From positions 32,001-96,000 of the forward strand of contig CAVYCN010000003.1 of the NCBI GenBank assembly GCA_963767005.1: a stretch of 64,000 bases of DNA, given 5' to 3'. Shown piece by piece: positions 19,814 to 30,826 of the stretch. The notes below the pieces were generated by a model. The model did not search any database. It was not told where the DNA came from and saw only the letters and a list, made by a program, of their open reading frames with translations. The DNA comes from an uncultured Actinomycetes bacterium (GTDB lineage: Bacteria; Actinomycetota; Thermoleophilia; UBA2241). Numbering within the stretch: position 1 is the first letter of the stretch; every line of letters begins with the position of its first letter. A program made the translations under genes and the position numbers.

Positions 19814-20141
19814 GCAGGTGAAAGCAACGAGTCCCGCCACGGCGAGCCAGAAAGCTGACGACATTGTCGGTGCGGACGCAATGATAGGCGTGGACGAGCC
19901 TGAGCAACTGCGCAGACGTTGCCGACCGTCATCATTGTCTTGGATGCGCGCTCCGGCCACGGTCACGTGTTGAGCGCAGGCGCTACGCTGCTCCTTCGTC
20001 GACTTGCCGAGCATCGAGCACTCGGCGCAGAAGTGGACCAGCGACTGGGGTCAGACCGAGGGCCGCCAGAGCGACCATGCCGAATGCATCACCGAATGCA
20101 TCACGAAGATCTGGCCGGCGTCTTCGGGCAGGACCGAACGA

Positions 20142-20855
20142 TTACGATCTCGCCTGGGCAAGGTTGACGTTCTCCAGATCCGGGTGCCGCAGCAGTACGA
20201 CCTCGACCATTCTCTCCGCTGCGGCTACCTGCTCACGAGCAGCGTCAGCTGCCGCTGAAGAATCTTGACGTAGTAGTGCCTCCACCAGGGCGCCGTGCTC
20301 CTGGTTCATTTCCAATCCACGCCTTGTCGAGGAAAGACCAAAATGCAGCATCCTCTCCATTTCGGCGAGTATCTCCTCCAGCAGCTGCGCGATTCGCGCG
20401 TTGCCAGACGCGGCCGCGATTGCCACGTGAAATCTCGTGTTGGCCTCCAGAAAGACACTGATTGCCTCATAGCCAAGCTCGTCATGGGTCGTAGCCATGC
20501 GAGCCAGGTCACTGATTCGCACCAGCTCCGATTGGCTGGCATTGCGCGCAGCCATCTCCGCAGCCGCCGGTTCCAAGAGCGCCCGTACGGCAAACAAGTC
20601 TCGAATGTCTTTGAGGGTGAGCGGGCGCACGACATAGCCCCTTCGGGGACTGGCCTCAATCCAACGTTGCTGTCTCAGCCTGCCTAGCGCGGCACGTACT
20701 GCTGCACGCGTCAGGCCATAACGCTCGACTAGAAAGGCCTCGGTCACCTGGCTACCGGGCGTCACCTCGCAAACTACAAATGCTCTGCGTAGAACATCGT
20801 AGGCTCGGCGTGAGCTGGAGATACGCACTTCGCTCGAACCATCCGGCGGCATCAT
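20142..20855 (-). CDS. GntR/FCD family regulator
   Basis: N-terminal GntR wHTH, R..LE, N..FH..I...SGN, EH FCD motifs. Confidence 0.9.
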   Translation of the reverse strand: MMPPDGSSEVRISSSRRAYDVLRRAFVVCEVTPGSQVTEAFLVERYGLTRAAVRAALGRLRQQRWIEASPRRGYVVRPLTLKDIRDLFAVRALLEPAAAEMAARNASQSELVRISDLARMATTHDELGYEAISVFLEANTRFHVAIAAASGNARIAQLLEEILAEMERMLHFGLSSTRRGLEMNQEHGALVEALLRQDSSAAADAAREQVAAAERMVEVVLLRHPDLENVNLAQARS

Positions 20856-20944
20856 AGAGCTCCTCGCATTTCGATCTCCGGCCGAACCCTTACCATAAGC
20901 CAAGGCACGACTCCATAGCAGGCGTGAGATGCCAAGCCTCGGGA

Positions 20945-22711
20945 CTAGGTCGACAGCCACCCGGGGTCATCACGGGGAACGCTTCGTATGAGGGCCTTGG
21001 TGTACTCATGGCGTGGCGTCGATAGGACATCGGCAGCCTCCCCATATTCGACAATCGCGCCGCGTTCCATGACGTAGACGTAGTCACAGACCTGCCGCAC
21101 GACGGCCAGGTCGTGGGCGATGAACAGCAATGCCATTCGCATCTGCTGGCGAAGCTCGCGCAGCAGGTCGATGATCTGGGCCTGCACGGAGACATCGAGC
21201 GCGGAAACGGACTCATCGCAGACGAGCAAACGGGGGTTGCCGGCGAGGGCGCGAGCGATGGCGACCCGCTGCCGCTCGCCGCCGCTGAGTGCGGGAGGGC
21301 GCTTTTCAGCCATCTCCTGCGGCAGCTGCACCAGCTCGAGAAGACGTTTCGCCGCGTCCTTCCCGGAGGGCTCGTCCACCGCCGCAAGCGCCTCCCTGAG
21401 GGTATTGCCGACGGTGCGCATAGGGTTCAGAGACGAGTACGGATCTTGAAAGACCATCTGCACGGTCCTGCGCAGTGGCCGGCGCTGGGCCCTGCTCAGT
21501 CTCATCCAGGATGTGACATCGACGCCGTCCAGCTCGATCCCGCCCCTCGATGGTATCTCGAGGCCCACCACGCACCGCGCAAGCGTGGTCTTGCCCGATC
21601 CCGATCCTCCGACCAGCCCCACGGACTCGCCCTCACGGACCTCCAGGGTCGCGTCCGCTATGGCCGCTTGCGAAGCTCCGCCGAAGGTCTTCCCGAGATG
21701 GTTCACCGACAGGAGAGCGGGCGCGGACTTCCTCGTCGATCCGGCCTCTTCCGCGGGCGCGATGCTCCGGCCGAGCATGGCGTCGGCGGGCCGCAGGCAC
21801 GCCGTCCAGTGGGCCTCCTCGACCTGGCGGAGCTCGACGGGTCCTGCCCAGCACTCCTCGATTGCAAGCGAACAGCGGGGGGCGAAGGGGCACTGGCCCA
21901 CGACGTCGTCGTGGCGTGGCACCGCGCCCGCCACAGAGCGCAGCCCAGCGACTCGCCGATCCATCGGCGGCTCGGCCGACAGCAGAGCGTTCGTATATGG
22001 GTGGGCCGTAGCGTCACGCACCCGCTGGGCCGGCCCGGCCTCGAGCATCTTCCCGGCGTAGAGCACGACGATCCGCTGGCACACCGAGAACGCGACCCGT
22101 AGGTCGTGAGTGATAAGCAGGAAGCCCATGCCGCGCTGTCGCTGCAAGTCGGCGATCAATCGCAAGACATCCCGCTGCACCGTGACGTCCAGGGCCGTCG
22201 TCGGCTCGTCAGCGATGAGCAGTTGCGGGTCGCGCATCAGGGCAGCCGCGAGCGCGACGCGCTGGCGCATGCCGCCGGAGAGCTGGAACGGGTAGCGCGC
22301 GGCGACATCGGGCTCGAGACCCACCTCGGCCAGTCGCCGAGCGATCTCGCCGCCCGACCGCATTTGCCTGCGCTCATTGCTGGGAAAGGCGTCCGCAAGC
22401 TGGACGCCGACCCGCTTCAACGGGTTGAGCATGGTGAAGGGGTCTTGCATCAGCAGCGACACGACGGATCCGCGGATCGTCCGGGCGCGACCGGGGTCGT
22501 TCATTGCGACGCCGTTGACGGTCACCGACCCGCCGGCAGTGAGCCCCGGCGGAAGCAGACCGATGATGGCGCGACTCGTGAGGCTCTTGCCCGATCCCGA
22601 CTCCCCGACCAGCGCAAGCGACTCACCGGCAGCGAGGTCCAAGTCGATGCCGGAGACGAGCGTCCTGTCAGACAGGTGGACGGACAGGTCTCGCACCTGC
22701 AGCAGGCTCAT
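20945..22711 (-). CDS. Peptide ABC transporter, fused double ATPase (OppD/F-like)
   Basis: GESGSGKS and GGSGSGKT; LSGGMRQR, LSGGERQR; CPFAPRC. Confidence 0.95.
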   Translation of the reverse strand: MSLLQVRDLSVHLSDRTLVSGIDLDLAAGESLALVGESGSGKSLTSRAIIGLLPPGLTAGGSVTVNGVAMNDPGRARTIRGSVVSLLMQDPFTMLNPLKRVGVQLADAFPSNERRQMRSGGEIARRLAEVGLEPDVAARYPFQLSGGMRQRVALAAALMRDPQLLIADEPTTALDVTVQRDVLRLIADLQRQRGMGFLLITHDLRVAFSVCQRIVVLYAGKMLEAGPAQRVRDATAHPYTNALLSAEPPMDRRVAGLRSVAGAVPRHDDVVGQCPFAPRCSLAIEECWAGPVELRQVEEAHWTACLRPADAMLGRSIAPAEEAGSTRKSAPALLSVNHLGKTFGGASQAAIADATLEVREGESVGLVGGSGSGKTTLARCVVGLEIPSRGGIELDGVDVTSWMRLSRAQRRPLRRTVQMVFQDPYSSLNPMRTVGNTLREALAAVDEPSGKDAAKRLLELVQLPQEMAEKRPPALSGGERQRVAIARALAGNPRLLVCDESVSALDVSVQAQIIDLLRELRQQMRMALLFIAHDLAVVRQVCDYVYVMERGAIVEYGEAADVLSTPRHEYTKALIRSVPRDDPGWLST

Positions 22712-23571
22712 CGCTCCAGCCCCCGGGCCTCGAGCCGCTCGTAGACCCAGTCTCCGACGATGTTCACAGCCGCCGCGGTCAGGATGATGGCCAGGCCGGG
22801 AGCCACGACGCTCCACGGGCTGGTGAACAAGTGTTCCTTGTTGTCGGCCAGGGTGCGTCCCCAATCGGCAGATCCCGGCGAGATCCCAAGCCCCAGGAAC
22901 GACAGGCTGGCCAGCGAGACCAAGCCGAACGCGAAGTCGAGAAAGCCGTTGGCGAGAGCCACCGGGGCGATGTTAGGCCAGAGGTGTCGAGTCATCACCC
23001 GGGACGCGCGAAGATCGAGCAGTCGCGCGGCCTCGACGTAGGGGCGATGCCGCTGGTCTAGAACGGCACCGCGGACTGTGCGCGTATCACCGGGTGAGAA
23101 GAGGACGACCAGGACGGCGACGGCGACGACAAAGCTGCCGCCCGCGATCCCGGTTACAACAATCGCCACGAGCAGCGCCGGCAACGAGAACATGAGGTCG
23201 GCCCAGCGCATGACCAGGCTGTCGACCCAGCCGCCGTAGTAGCCGGCGACCAGTCCCAGGATGTTGCCGATCAACATCGACCCGACTGCGATTGCGAGCG
23301 CCCCGAACACAGAGGTGCGGGCCCCGGCGCATACCAAGGCCAGCACGTCGCGGCCGAGCTGGTCGGTGCCGAGCAGGTGGTGGAGGGACGGCCCGGTGGC
23401 GGACAGTGCCAGGTTCTGATTCGTGGCTCCCGGAACGATCAGCGGCGAGAGGATCGCCGAGCCGAACGCGAGGACAGCAATCACCAATGCGGCAAGGACC
23501 AGCGGCGCCGGACGGCCGCCTGTCCGTCGCAGCGGCTTGGTTGCAGAAACGATGTCGGCAGAGACGGTCAC
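22708..23571 (-). CDS. Peptide ABC permease (OppC/DppC-like)
   Basis: HLLGTDQLGRD, YVEAAR, LSFLGLG. Confidence 0.95.
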   Translation of the reverse strand: MTVSADIVSATKPLRRTGGRPAPLVLAALVIAVLAFGSAILSPLIVPGATNQNLALSATGPSLHHLLGTDQLGRDVLALVCAGARTSVFGALAIAVGSMLIGNILGLVAGYYGGWVDSLVMRWADLMFSLPALLVAIVVTGIAGGSFVVAVAVLVVLFSPGDTRTVRGAVLDQRHRPYVEAARLLDLRASRVMTRHLWPNIAPVALANGFLDFAFGLVSLASLSFLGLGISPGSADWGRTLADNKEHLFTSPWSVVAPGLAIILTAAAVNIVGDWVYERLEARGLER

Positions 23572-23596
23572 GTTGGCTTCCTCCCCGCGCCGACGG

Positions 23597-24550
23597 TCAT
23601 TTCGAGTAGAGGATTCGGGGGTCGACGACGGCGTAGGCCACGTCGACCAGCAGGTTGATAAGCGTGATCGCGATCGTCAGCAGAAGCGCCACCGCCTGCA
23701 CCACCGGGACGTCCTTGAACGTCACGGACTCGACGAGCAAGTTGCCCACGCCAGGTAGCGCGAACGTCACTTCCACCATGACGGTGCCGGCCAACGTCGA
23801 CGTGAGGATGAGGCCGCCGGCCGTGAGGATGGGCACGAGGGAGTTGCGCAGCGCATAGCTGATCACCTGCCCGCGGCGTAGACCCCTCGCCTGGGCGAAA
23901 AACACATAGTCCTGGTCCAGTTCCCGCAGGACCGCCGCTCGGGTAAAGCGCAGCACGAGTCCCACCCCACCGACACCCAAAGCGACGGCCGGCAGCGCCA
24001 GGTGCCACAGCGTTGAGAAGAAACCTCCGCCGGTGCCGTACGCCGGAAACCACGCAAGCTCGACGGCGAACACGAGCAGCAGCAAGATGCCGACCGCAAA
24101 CGGCGGCGCACTGAGGGCGCCCACGCTGGCTGCACTGATGATCCGGTCGGTCCGCCCTCCGCGGCGCACCGCGGCCCACGCTCCAAGCGGCACACCGACC
24201 GCGACCGCGATCACCGACCCAAGGACTGCCACCTCGAGCGTCAACGGGAAGCTGGATCGGATGTCGGGCCACACCGGCCCTCCGGATTCGATCGAAGTGC
24301 CCAGATTGCCGTGGAGCACGCCGCCCAGCCAGCGCAGATACTGAACGAAGAAGGGGTCGTTCAGGTGGTATTGGGCGCGGATCGCGGCAACGGTGGCGGG
24401 TGATACCGGCCTGGTGCCGAGCAGGGTGTGCACGATCGAGCCGGGAGCCAGGTACAGCAGGCCGAAGATGCCGAACGACACGACCAGCACGACGGCAGCG
24501 CTGGCCGCCAGGCGTCGCACGAGGAAGCGCACCCACGCGCGGGCGGTCAT
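23597..24550 (-). CDS. Peptide ABC permease (OppB/DppB-like)
   Basis: GNLGTS, DYV..A.ARG, E.TF.LPG.G. Confidence 0.95.
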   Translation of the reverse strand: MTARAWVRFLVRRLAASAAVVLVVSFGIFGLLYLAPGSIVHTLLGTRPVSPATVAAIRAQYHLNDPFFVQYLRWLGGVLHGNLGTSIESGGPVWPDIRSSFPLTLEVAVLGSVIAVAVGVPLGAWAAVRRGGRTDRIISAASVGALSAPPFAVGILLLLVFAVELAWFPAYGTGGGFFSTLWHLALPAVALGVGGVGLVLRFTRAAVLRELDQDYVFFAQARGLRRGQVISYALRNSLVPILTAGGLILTSTLAGTVMVEVTFALPGVGNLLVESVTFKDVPVVQAVALLLTIAITLINLLVDVAYAVVDPRILYSK

Positions 24551-26505
24551 GATTCCTCGTCTGGGTCGAGCTCGTCCGCCAGGACCCCGTGCGTCGTAAA
24601 CCAGGACACGACCCGTCGGGCGACGTCCCGCCGATGGTTGGCCTCCACCAGCTCATGCCCCTCGCGGGCGTAGACGACGAGCTCCGCGAGATTGCCCGCG
24701 GCGGTCCAGGCGTTGTACAGCTGCTCGGCCTGCCCGATCGGGGTGACGCGGTCCTCGAGTCCGTGAACGATCATGAGCGGCGCCGCGCCGCGCCGCACTT
24801 GGTGCGCGGGGGACCGGGCGATGAGCTGCTCACGTCCCGCTGGAGTGTGCCGATCGGCGCCGGGGTGGTACAGCGGGTCGTATCCGCCACCGAGGTTGCT
24901 GGTCTGCCCGAAGCTCAGCCAGTCGGCGACGCCGGACATCGCGACGCCAGCGCGGAAGACCCGAGTCTGGGTGAGCGCCCAAGCGGTCAGGTAGCCGCCG
25001 TAAGACAGACCCATGACGGCGATCCGCCTGGGGTTGACGACACCGTCGCGAGAAACATGCGCGACACCGGCGAGGATGTCGTCTAAGTCGATCGAGCCCA
25101 TCTGACCGATCACAGCCTCCGCATAGCCCTGCCCGCGTCCGCTGCTTCCGCGCGGGTTGGGGAGCAGGACCGCGGCACCCGCCGCCACGAGCGGCAAAGC
25201 AAGCCCTGCGGCCTCGGCCGGGGCAAAACTGTCGGGCCACAACCAGGTGGGCCCGCCATGGACCATTACGACCAGGGGAAGGTTGTGCGCGCTCTCGGGG
25301 GCGAGCAACAGGCCGTCGATCTCGTGTCCATCGGACGCCGCCCACCTGCACCGCTTACGGCGCACGTGCTCGGCAGCAGGGAGGGCGGCGGCGTTGAACG
25401 CCGTCCTTGGCTCCCACTCAGCTCCGTCGAGGCTTCTGGTGACGATCTCGGGAGCTTGCGTGCCGCTCTCGTAGAGCGCCGCGGCACACCTGCCCGTCGC
25501 GTCGAAGGAAAGCGACGGCTGGCCGTCCCGCCCGCCCAACGCTCCGGGCGACTCCCGCCGCGTCCGCACACGGCAGGCGGAATCGATCACCCCGAACTGG
25601 ACGCCCCCAGGTGTCCAGCCCGTGAACCACAGGCTGCCGCCGCCGAGGTACCCGAGGTCGGTCACGTCGTCGACCCCGTCGAGTGGCCGCTGCCGCCCGT
25701 CGACCAGATCCACGCGATGGATGCGTCCGGACACGATCGATAGCCCGCGCAGCACGTGTGCAGTCTGGGAGCCCTGCGGACCGAGCCGCGGCCGGCTGAG
25801 TTGCCGTCCGTCCCCGTCCCACAACTCACGCCACGACCCTCCGGACAGATCGGTGGCTATCAGGGAGGGCCCGTAGAAGCCGGCGGGCCGCGCATCGAGC
25901 GAGGCGACGACCAGCAGCCTGCCGGTCGCGTCGACGTCGTAATCCCAGACCGTGCGGCCGCGCAGGTCGATCGGCCGAAGCGGTCCCCCCTCGACCGTGG
26001 TGGCCAGCAACCGCCGAAGCCGCCAGCCGGGCTTCGTGACACGCGGCTCGGTCGTATCGGAGACCCGCAGTCCCAGATGCATCCCGTCGCGTTCGCTGCC
26101 CGGGTCGGCCACCCGCACGACGACGTGCTGCCCGGCCACCGCGATGTCCTCGATGCAGCCGGCGACCGGGACGTCCCACCGTGGCCGCCCGGTTTCGAGG
26201 TCGATCGCGGCAAGGACCGACGGCTCCGAGCTCTCGCCGCAGGCGGAAAATAGGGTACGCCCGTCCGCCGACCACCGTGGCAAAACGTGCGACCCCGCCG
26301 TCACGGCCGTCACGGCCCGCGGGGCCTCGTGCACGTTCGACAGGTCTACGACGTAGATCTGGCTGGGACCCACGTCGGCCGGTCCCGCCATGCAGAAAGC
26401 GGCGAGATCGCCGTCGGGCGAGATCCGGACGTCTTGCGGGGTGCGGACCGAAAGGAGCAGCTCAAGGACGGAAAGAGCGCGCTCCGCTGCGGCCGGCTCC
26501 GTCAA
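24547..26505 (-). CDS. S9 family (acylaminoacyl/prolyl oligo) peptidase
   Basis: HGGP, NPRGSSG.G, GLSYGG, HGLED, EGH triad; TTG start overlapping the upstream stop. Confidence 0.9.
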   Translation of the reverse strand: MTEPAAAERALSVLELLLSVRTPQDVRISPDGDLAAFCMAGPADVGPSQIYVVDLSNVHEAPRAVTAVTAGSHVLPRWSADGRTLFSACGESSEPSVLAAIDLETGRPRWDVPVAGCIEDIAVAGQHVVVRVADPGSERDGMHLGLRVSDTTEPRVTKPGWRLRRLLATTVEGGPLRPIDLRGRTVWDYDVDATGRLLVVASLDARPAGFYGPSLIATDLSGGSWRELWDGDGRQLSRPRLGPQGSQTAHVLRGLSIVSGRIHRVDLVDGRQRPLDGVDDVTDLGYLGGGSLWFTGWTPGGVQFGVIDSACRVRTRRESPGALGGRDGQPSLSFDATGRCAAALYESGTQAPEIVTRSLDGAEWEPRTAFNAAALPAAEHVRRKRCRWAASDGHEIDGLLLAPESAHNLPLVVMVHGGPTWLWPDSFAPAEAAGLALPLVAAGAAVLLPNPRGSSGRGQGYAEAVIGQMGSIDLDDILAGVAHVSRDGVVNPRRIAVMGLSYGGYLTAWALTQTRVFRAGVAMSGVADWLSFGQTSNLGGGYDPLYHPGADRHTPAGREQLIARSPAHQVRRGAAPLMIVHGLEDRVTPIGQAEQLYNAWTAAGNLAELVVYAREGHELVEANHRRDVARRVVSWFTTHGVLADELDPDEES

Positions 26506-28163
26506 GTGGCGTGAACCTGCGTAGCCCAGGGCCCCACGAAGAAGTAGGGCCCGTAGTTCGACGCTGCGACGTGAGGACCGAACGCCGTCGCACCCTCGCC
26601 CCACCATAGCGGCTGGTAGGGCACATCGGCTGCCGCCTGCACCAGTGCCTGGCCGATGAGCCGGGCACGAGCCGCCCCGCTGGACGCCTGCGACTCGTCG
26701 AGCGCCTTGGTCACGGCCGTGTTCTGGTACTGTGCGATGTTGGTGCCCTGGGGCCCCGCGTTTGCGCCGTTCAGCAGCTGCTGGGCGTACTCTGCCGGGT
26801 CACCGGTGACCGCGAAGTACCAGCCCGTGTAGATGCCCGAGTGATGAGCGCCAAGCTCGGCGATCCACTGTTCGAGCGTGATCTCCTTGACGGCGAGCTG
26901 GACCCCGATCTGCTTGAGGTTCTGCGACAGCGTGAGCAAGGCTTGACCGATCTGCGGGCCGCTGTTCGGGTAGGTGATCGTGTCCGAGAACCCGTTGGGC
27001 ACGCTGGACGCTGCCAGCTCCTGCTTCGCCTGAGCCATATCGAACCCGTACTGAGGGATGCTCTGATAGAGCGCATCGACCTGCGGTGCGCTGAGCAAGC
27101 CGCCCCATTCCGACTTGGTCGGGAACGTCTCCGCAACCTGGCCGTAGCCGCCGAATATGCTCTTGATGATCCCCTGGCGGTCGACCGCGTGCGCCACAGC
27201 CTTTCGCACGTGCACGTCGTTCCAGGGCGCCTTCTTGGTGTTGAACGCCAGCGTCACGAGCGAGTTGTCGGTGGCGACGTCGACCGACGCGCCATTGATC
27301 GCCCTCCACTGCGCGATCTGATCCGTCGGTACGTTCAGCGCCATCTCGATGGACCGGCTGCGCAGAGCGTATTGGCGGGTGGTGTCGTCGGCGATGAACT
27401 TGAACGTCACCTGCTCGACCGGCACCGCCCCGCCCCACCAATGCTCGTTGCGAACCATGGTCACCTGGGAGTCGGGCTGGAACGTCGCCAGCTTGTAGGG
27501 CCCGGTTCCCAGGATGCCGACGCCCGGAGTGCCGAAGGAGGAGCCGTGCTTGGCGAGGAACGCCTTGGACGTCACCTGGAGGCTCCCGGGGCTGGTCGTC
27601 CAGGCGAACATCGCGTTGGGCGAGTCCAGCTCGATAGTGACCTCTTCGGTCCCCGTCGCCTTGACCGACTTGACGCCGGCATAGGCGTAGCTCAGATCGG
27701 AGGTCGAACCCTTCTCCGAGTTCGCCTCGATCGACGCGACCACGTCGTCGACGCTCAGCGGAGTGCCGTCGGAGAACTTAACCGCGGGCCTCAGCGTGTA
27801 GACGAAGCTTTGACCACCGACTTGGCGCCACGACGCGGCCAGCGCCGGAGTCAGTGCACCGTCGGGGCCGACCCCGAGAAGCGACTCCAGGGACAGCAGG
27901 GCGATCACGTAGTTGATGATGCCAGCTTCGTGCATGAGGTTGAGCGTGCTGATCGAGTTGGGCAGGCCCACCGAGAGGTTCGCGATCTGACCGCCAGCCG
28001 AGGGGCTGGCACTCGAGCTGGGCGTTGAACCGGTAGAGCCGCAGGCCGAAAGCAGTTCCGGCACCGTCACGGCACCCACGGCGACGACCCCAAGCGCCTT
28101 CAACAACGATCGCCGAGTGAGCGTCTGTGACAGGAAGTCTGGTTGCGCGTGTAGCTCGGCCAC
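26502..28163 (-). CDS. Peptide ABC substrate-binding lipoprotein (family 5), Tat signal
   Basis: TRRSLLK twin-arginine, LSAC lipobox, P.LA.SW, LR..VKFSDG, GTGPY. Confidence 0.93.
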   Translation of the reverse strand: MAELHAQPDFLSQTLTRRSLLKALGVVAVGAVTVPELLSACGSTGSTPSSSASPSAGGQIANLSVGLPNSISTLNLMHEAGIINYVIALLSLESLLGVGPDGALTPALAASWRQVGGQSFVYTLRPAVKFSDGTPLSVDDVVASIEANSEKGSTSDLSYAYAGVKSVKATGTEEVTIELDSPNAMFAWTTSPGSLQVTSKAFLAKHGSSFGTPGVGILGTGPYKLATFQPDSQVTMVRNEHWWGGAVPVEQVTFKFIADDTTRQYALRSRSIEMALNVPTDQIAQWRAINGASVDVATDNSLVTLAFNTKKAPWNDVHVRKAVAHAVDRQGIIKSIFGGYGQVAETFPTKSEWGGLLSAPQVDALYQSIPQYGFDMAQAKQELAASSVPNGFSDTITYPNSGPQIGQALLTLSQNLKQIGVQLAVKEITLEQWIAELGAHHSGIYTGWYFAVTGDPAEYAQQLLNGANAGPQGTNIAQYQNTAVTKALDESQASSGAARARLIGQALVQAAADVPYQPLWWGEGATAFGPHVAASNYGPYFFVGPWATQVHAT

Positions 28164-28425
28164 GGATTCCCCTCCCCCAGCGCTCGATGATGGGCAAGCC
28201 ATGACATTTCATCGAGCCCCTTGTATTAGGCACTGCCGACTTGTTCAGGATGCTATGCATTGCGCTGTGAGGATGTCAAGTTGCCACTTATGACATCTCA
28301 GTAATCCCCTATGACGACCTTAGATGGTCTTGACGAACATGTCAGTTTCTGCGCGAAATCTGGCTGCGCGGAATCTGGCTGCCCGGATGTCCGGCTGTCG
28401 GTCCGCACTGCGCGAGGCTGTCTCA

Positions 28426-28833
28426 ATGAAAGGATCGCTCATGGAAATGGAGGTCTACTTTCCTGGAGGATGGCGAGTGAACGCGGACTGCGACGGCCAC
28501 ACGATCCATACCGACCATCCCATCGGCGAGGGAGGCGACGATTCGGCGCCTTCGCCGGTCGGTCTGTTCGTGGGCGCCATCGCCACGTGCGCCGGCATGT
28601 GCGCCCTGGGGTTCATGCGCCAACGCGGCATCGACGCCGGGGCCGCTAGGTTGATGGTGCATACGGATCTCAACCCGGACACCGAGTTGATCAGCACCAT
28701 CGACCTCGAGCTGGCACTCCCCCCCGACTTTCCCGAGAAGTACCGAGGTGCGGTCGTAAACGCAATGAGGCTCTGTGCCGTCAAGCAGCACCTGAGCGAT
28801 CCGCCGTCCGTTCAAATCAGCGTGACGCCTTGA
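28426..28833 (+). CDS. OsmC family protein
   Basis: TD.P...GG...APSP..LF...ATC and second CAVK cysteine. Confidence 0.85.
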   Translation: MKGSLMEMEVYFPGGWRVNADCDGHTIHTDHPIGEGGDDSAPSPVGLFVGAIATCAGMCALGFMRQRGIDAGAARLMVHTDLNPDTELISTIDLELALPPDFPEKYRGAVVNAMRLCAVKQHLSDPPSVQISVTP

Positions 28834-28899
28834 CGGCCGGCGCCCCGGTCGGAAGGTTCTGCGGTTGCAAGATGCGATGAGCGAGATGGCGTCGGACCA

Positions 28900-30381
28900 A
28901 TGAGCGGATTGCCTTTGGAACGATCCATCGCGTCCGTTGACAACGACGACCTGAAGGCCGCCGAGCAGGACTTCTTGCGCCGCTACCCCGACTACGAGAA
29001 GACGGCGCGGCTCGACGATCTGCGCCGGACCGAGTACGCGCGACTCGATCGCCTCGGGCAAGTGTACCTCGATTACACGGGGGCCGGACTCTACGCCGAA
29101 TCACAGCTGCGTGCTCACTTCGACCTGCTCAACGAGTCCGTCCTCGGCAATCCGCATTCAGACAACCCCACATCCGCCGCATCCTCCGCGCAGGTCACTG
29201 CGGCGCGCGAAGCGGTACGTGACTACTTCAACGCCTCAGACAGCGAGTACGAGGTGATCTTCTCGGCGAACGCGACCGGAGCGCTCAAGCTGCTCGGCGA
29301 GGCATATCCGTTCGGGACGGGCGGCGCCTACCTGCTCGCCTACGACAACCACAACTCGGTAAACGGCATCAGGGAGTTCGCCCGCCGCAAGGGCGCGGCT
29401 GTCCACTACGTGCCGGTACGTGCGCCCGACTTGCGCCTCGATGAGGAGCTGCTGGCGCGCGCCCTGGTCGAGGTCGGCGCAGGGGGGGACCGCCTCTTTG
29501 CCTATCCTGCACAGTCGAACTTCAGCGGCGTCCAACACTCGATGCGGCTCATCAGCGACGCACAGGCCCTGGGTTGGGACGTTCTTTTGGATTGCGCCGC
29601 CTACGTGCCGACCAACCGGCTCGATCTCGGCGTTGTGAAGCCCGACTTCGTCGCGCTCTCGTTCTACAAGATGTTCGGCTATCCGACCGGCGTGGGGGCC
29701 CTGATCGCCCGCCGCGAGAAGCTGCGGAAGCTGCGGCGCCCATGGTTTGCCGGTGGGACGATTACGGTGGTGTCCGTCCAGGACGCGAGCTGGCACCGCC
29801 TCGCGCCGGGCACTGCCGCTTTCGAAGACGGCACCGTCGATTTCCTTGCGGCGCCCGCCGTCACCATCGGTCTGCGCCACCTGCAGAGCGTCGGGATAGA
29901 AGACATTCATCGGCGCACGCAGTTGCTGACCGCGTGGCTTCTCGAGGAGCTCGGGCGCCTGCGGCATACCAATGGAGCGCACGTCGTGCGCATTCTGGGA
30001 CCACAGACCATGGACCGCCGTGGCGCTACCTTCGCCCTCCATCTGCTTGACGATGACGGGCGCCCATTCGACCTCTACGATGCAGAAGTGGCCGCAGGGC
30101 GTCAGGGCATCTCGGTCCGCACCGGGTGCTTCTGCAACCCCGGCGCCGGTGAAGTGGCGAACGACATAGCCAAGGAAGAAATGGGGCTCTGCTTCAGCGA
30201 CCTGCACCGGGAGATGAGCTTGAGGGAATGCCAGAAGGCAATCGGCGCCGCGACGGGCAAGACGCCGAACGCGATCCGCGTCTCGCTCGGGCTTGCGTCG
30301 ACCTTCTCAGACGCCTGGCGCTTCGTGCAGTTCGCGGCTTCGTACCGAGGCCGATCCGGGCCCTTACAGTGCCTCGAGTAA
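28900..30381 (+). CDS. Class V PLP enzyme, molybdenum-cofactor-sulfurase (NifS-like) domain
   Basis: YLDYTGAGLY, GNPHS, SFYKMFGYPTGVG, RTGCFCNPGA. Confidence 0.88.
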   Translation: MSGLPLERSIASVDNDDLKAAEQDFLRRYPDYEKTARLDDLRRTEYARLDRLGQVYLDYTGAGLYAESQLRAHFDLLNESVLGNPHSDNPTSAASSAQVTAAREAVRDYFNASDSEYEVIFSANATGALKLLGEAYPFGTGGAYLLAYDNHNSVNGIREFARRKGAAVHYVPVRAPDLRLDEELLARALVEVGAGGDRLFAYPAQSNFSGVQHSMRLISDAQALGWDVLLDCAAYVPTNRLDLGVVKPDFVALSFYKMFGYPTGVGALIARREKLRKLRRPWFAGGTITVVSVQDASWHRLAPGTAAFEDGTVDFLAAPAVTIGLRHLQSVGIEDIHRRTQLLTAWLLEELGRLRHTNGAHVVRILGPQTMDRRGATFALHLLDDDGRPFDLYDAEVAAGRQGISVRTGCFCNPGAGEVANDIAKEEMGLCFSDLHREMSLRECQKAIGAATGKTPNAIRVSLGLASTFSDAWRFVQFAASYRGRSGPLQCLE

Positions 30382-30826
30382 CGGCGCCGCAGGTCCAGGA
30401 AGGCGCCCCAAGCCCGCACAAGGCGTGCTAGAAGATCGTCTGCCACCTCATGACCTCCGCCCTCAGGGCGCGCAAGTCTCGGAGCTCCAGTTACCCGCCA
30501 ACTCCAAACCCCTCGCAGGCACCAACCACCGTGAACGACTGATTCCTGTGGAGGCGCATGATCACGCCGCTCTGACCCGGCTGGGGCAGCCACCTTGCCG
30601 GCTGCCACGGCCCAATCCCGACGAAGTCCGGGGGCCGAGCAGGCTGCCCTGAAGCCGCGGCTGGTGATCGGTGCTCGGCCCTCGGGAGCACAACATCGGG
30701 GAGGTGCACGATGCCGCCGCTCTCCGATTCTGCCGAACTGCGTAGCGAGGTCGAGCTGCACCGCCGCCTTGCCGGGCTCTATCGTGCCCTCGCCTCCGGA
30801 CTCATGAACGGCTCGCCTGACCGGTA

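Noticed and set aside
28351-28396. 15-bp tandem repeat GCGCGRAATCTGGCT
   Set aside because: Two to three degenerate copies with no supportable function
30400-30800. Structured ncRNA or intron fragment in this intergenic gap
   Set aside because: No recognisable conserved motif
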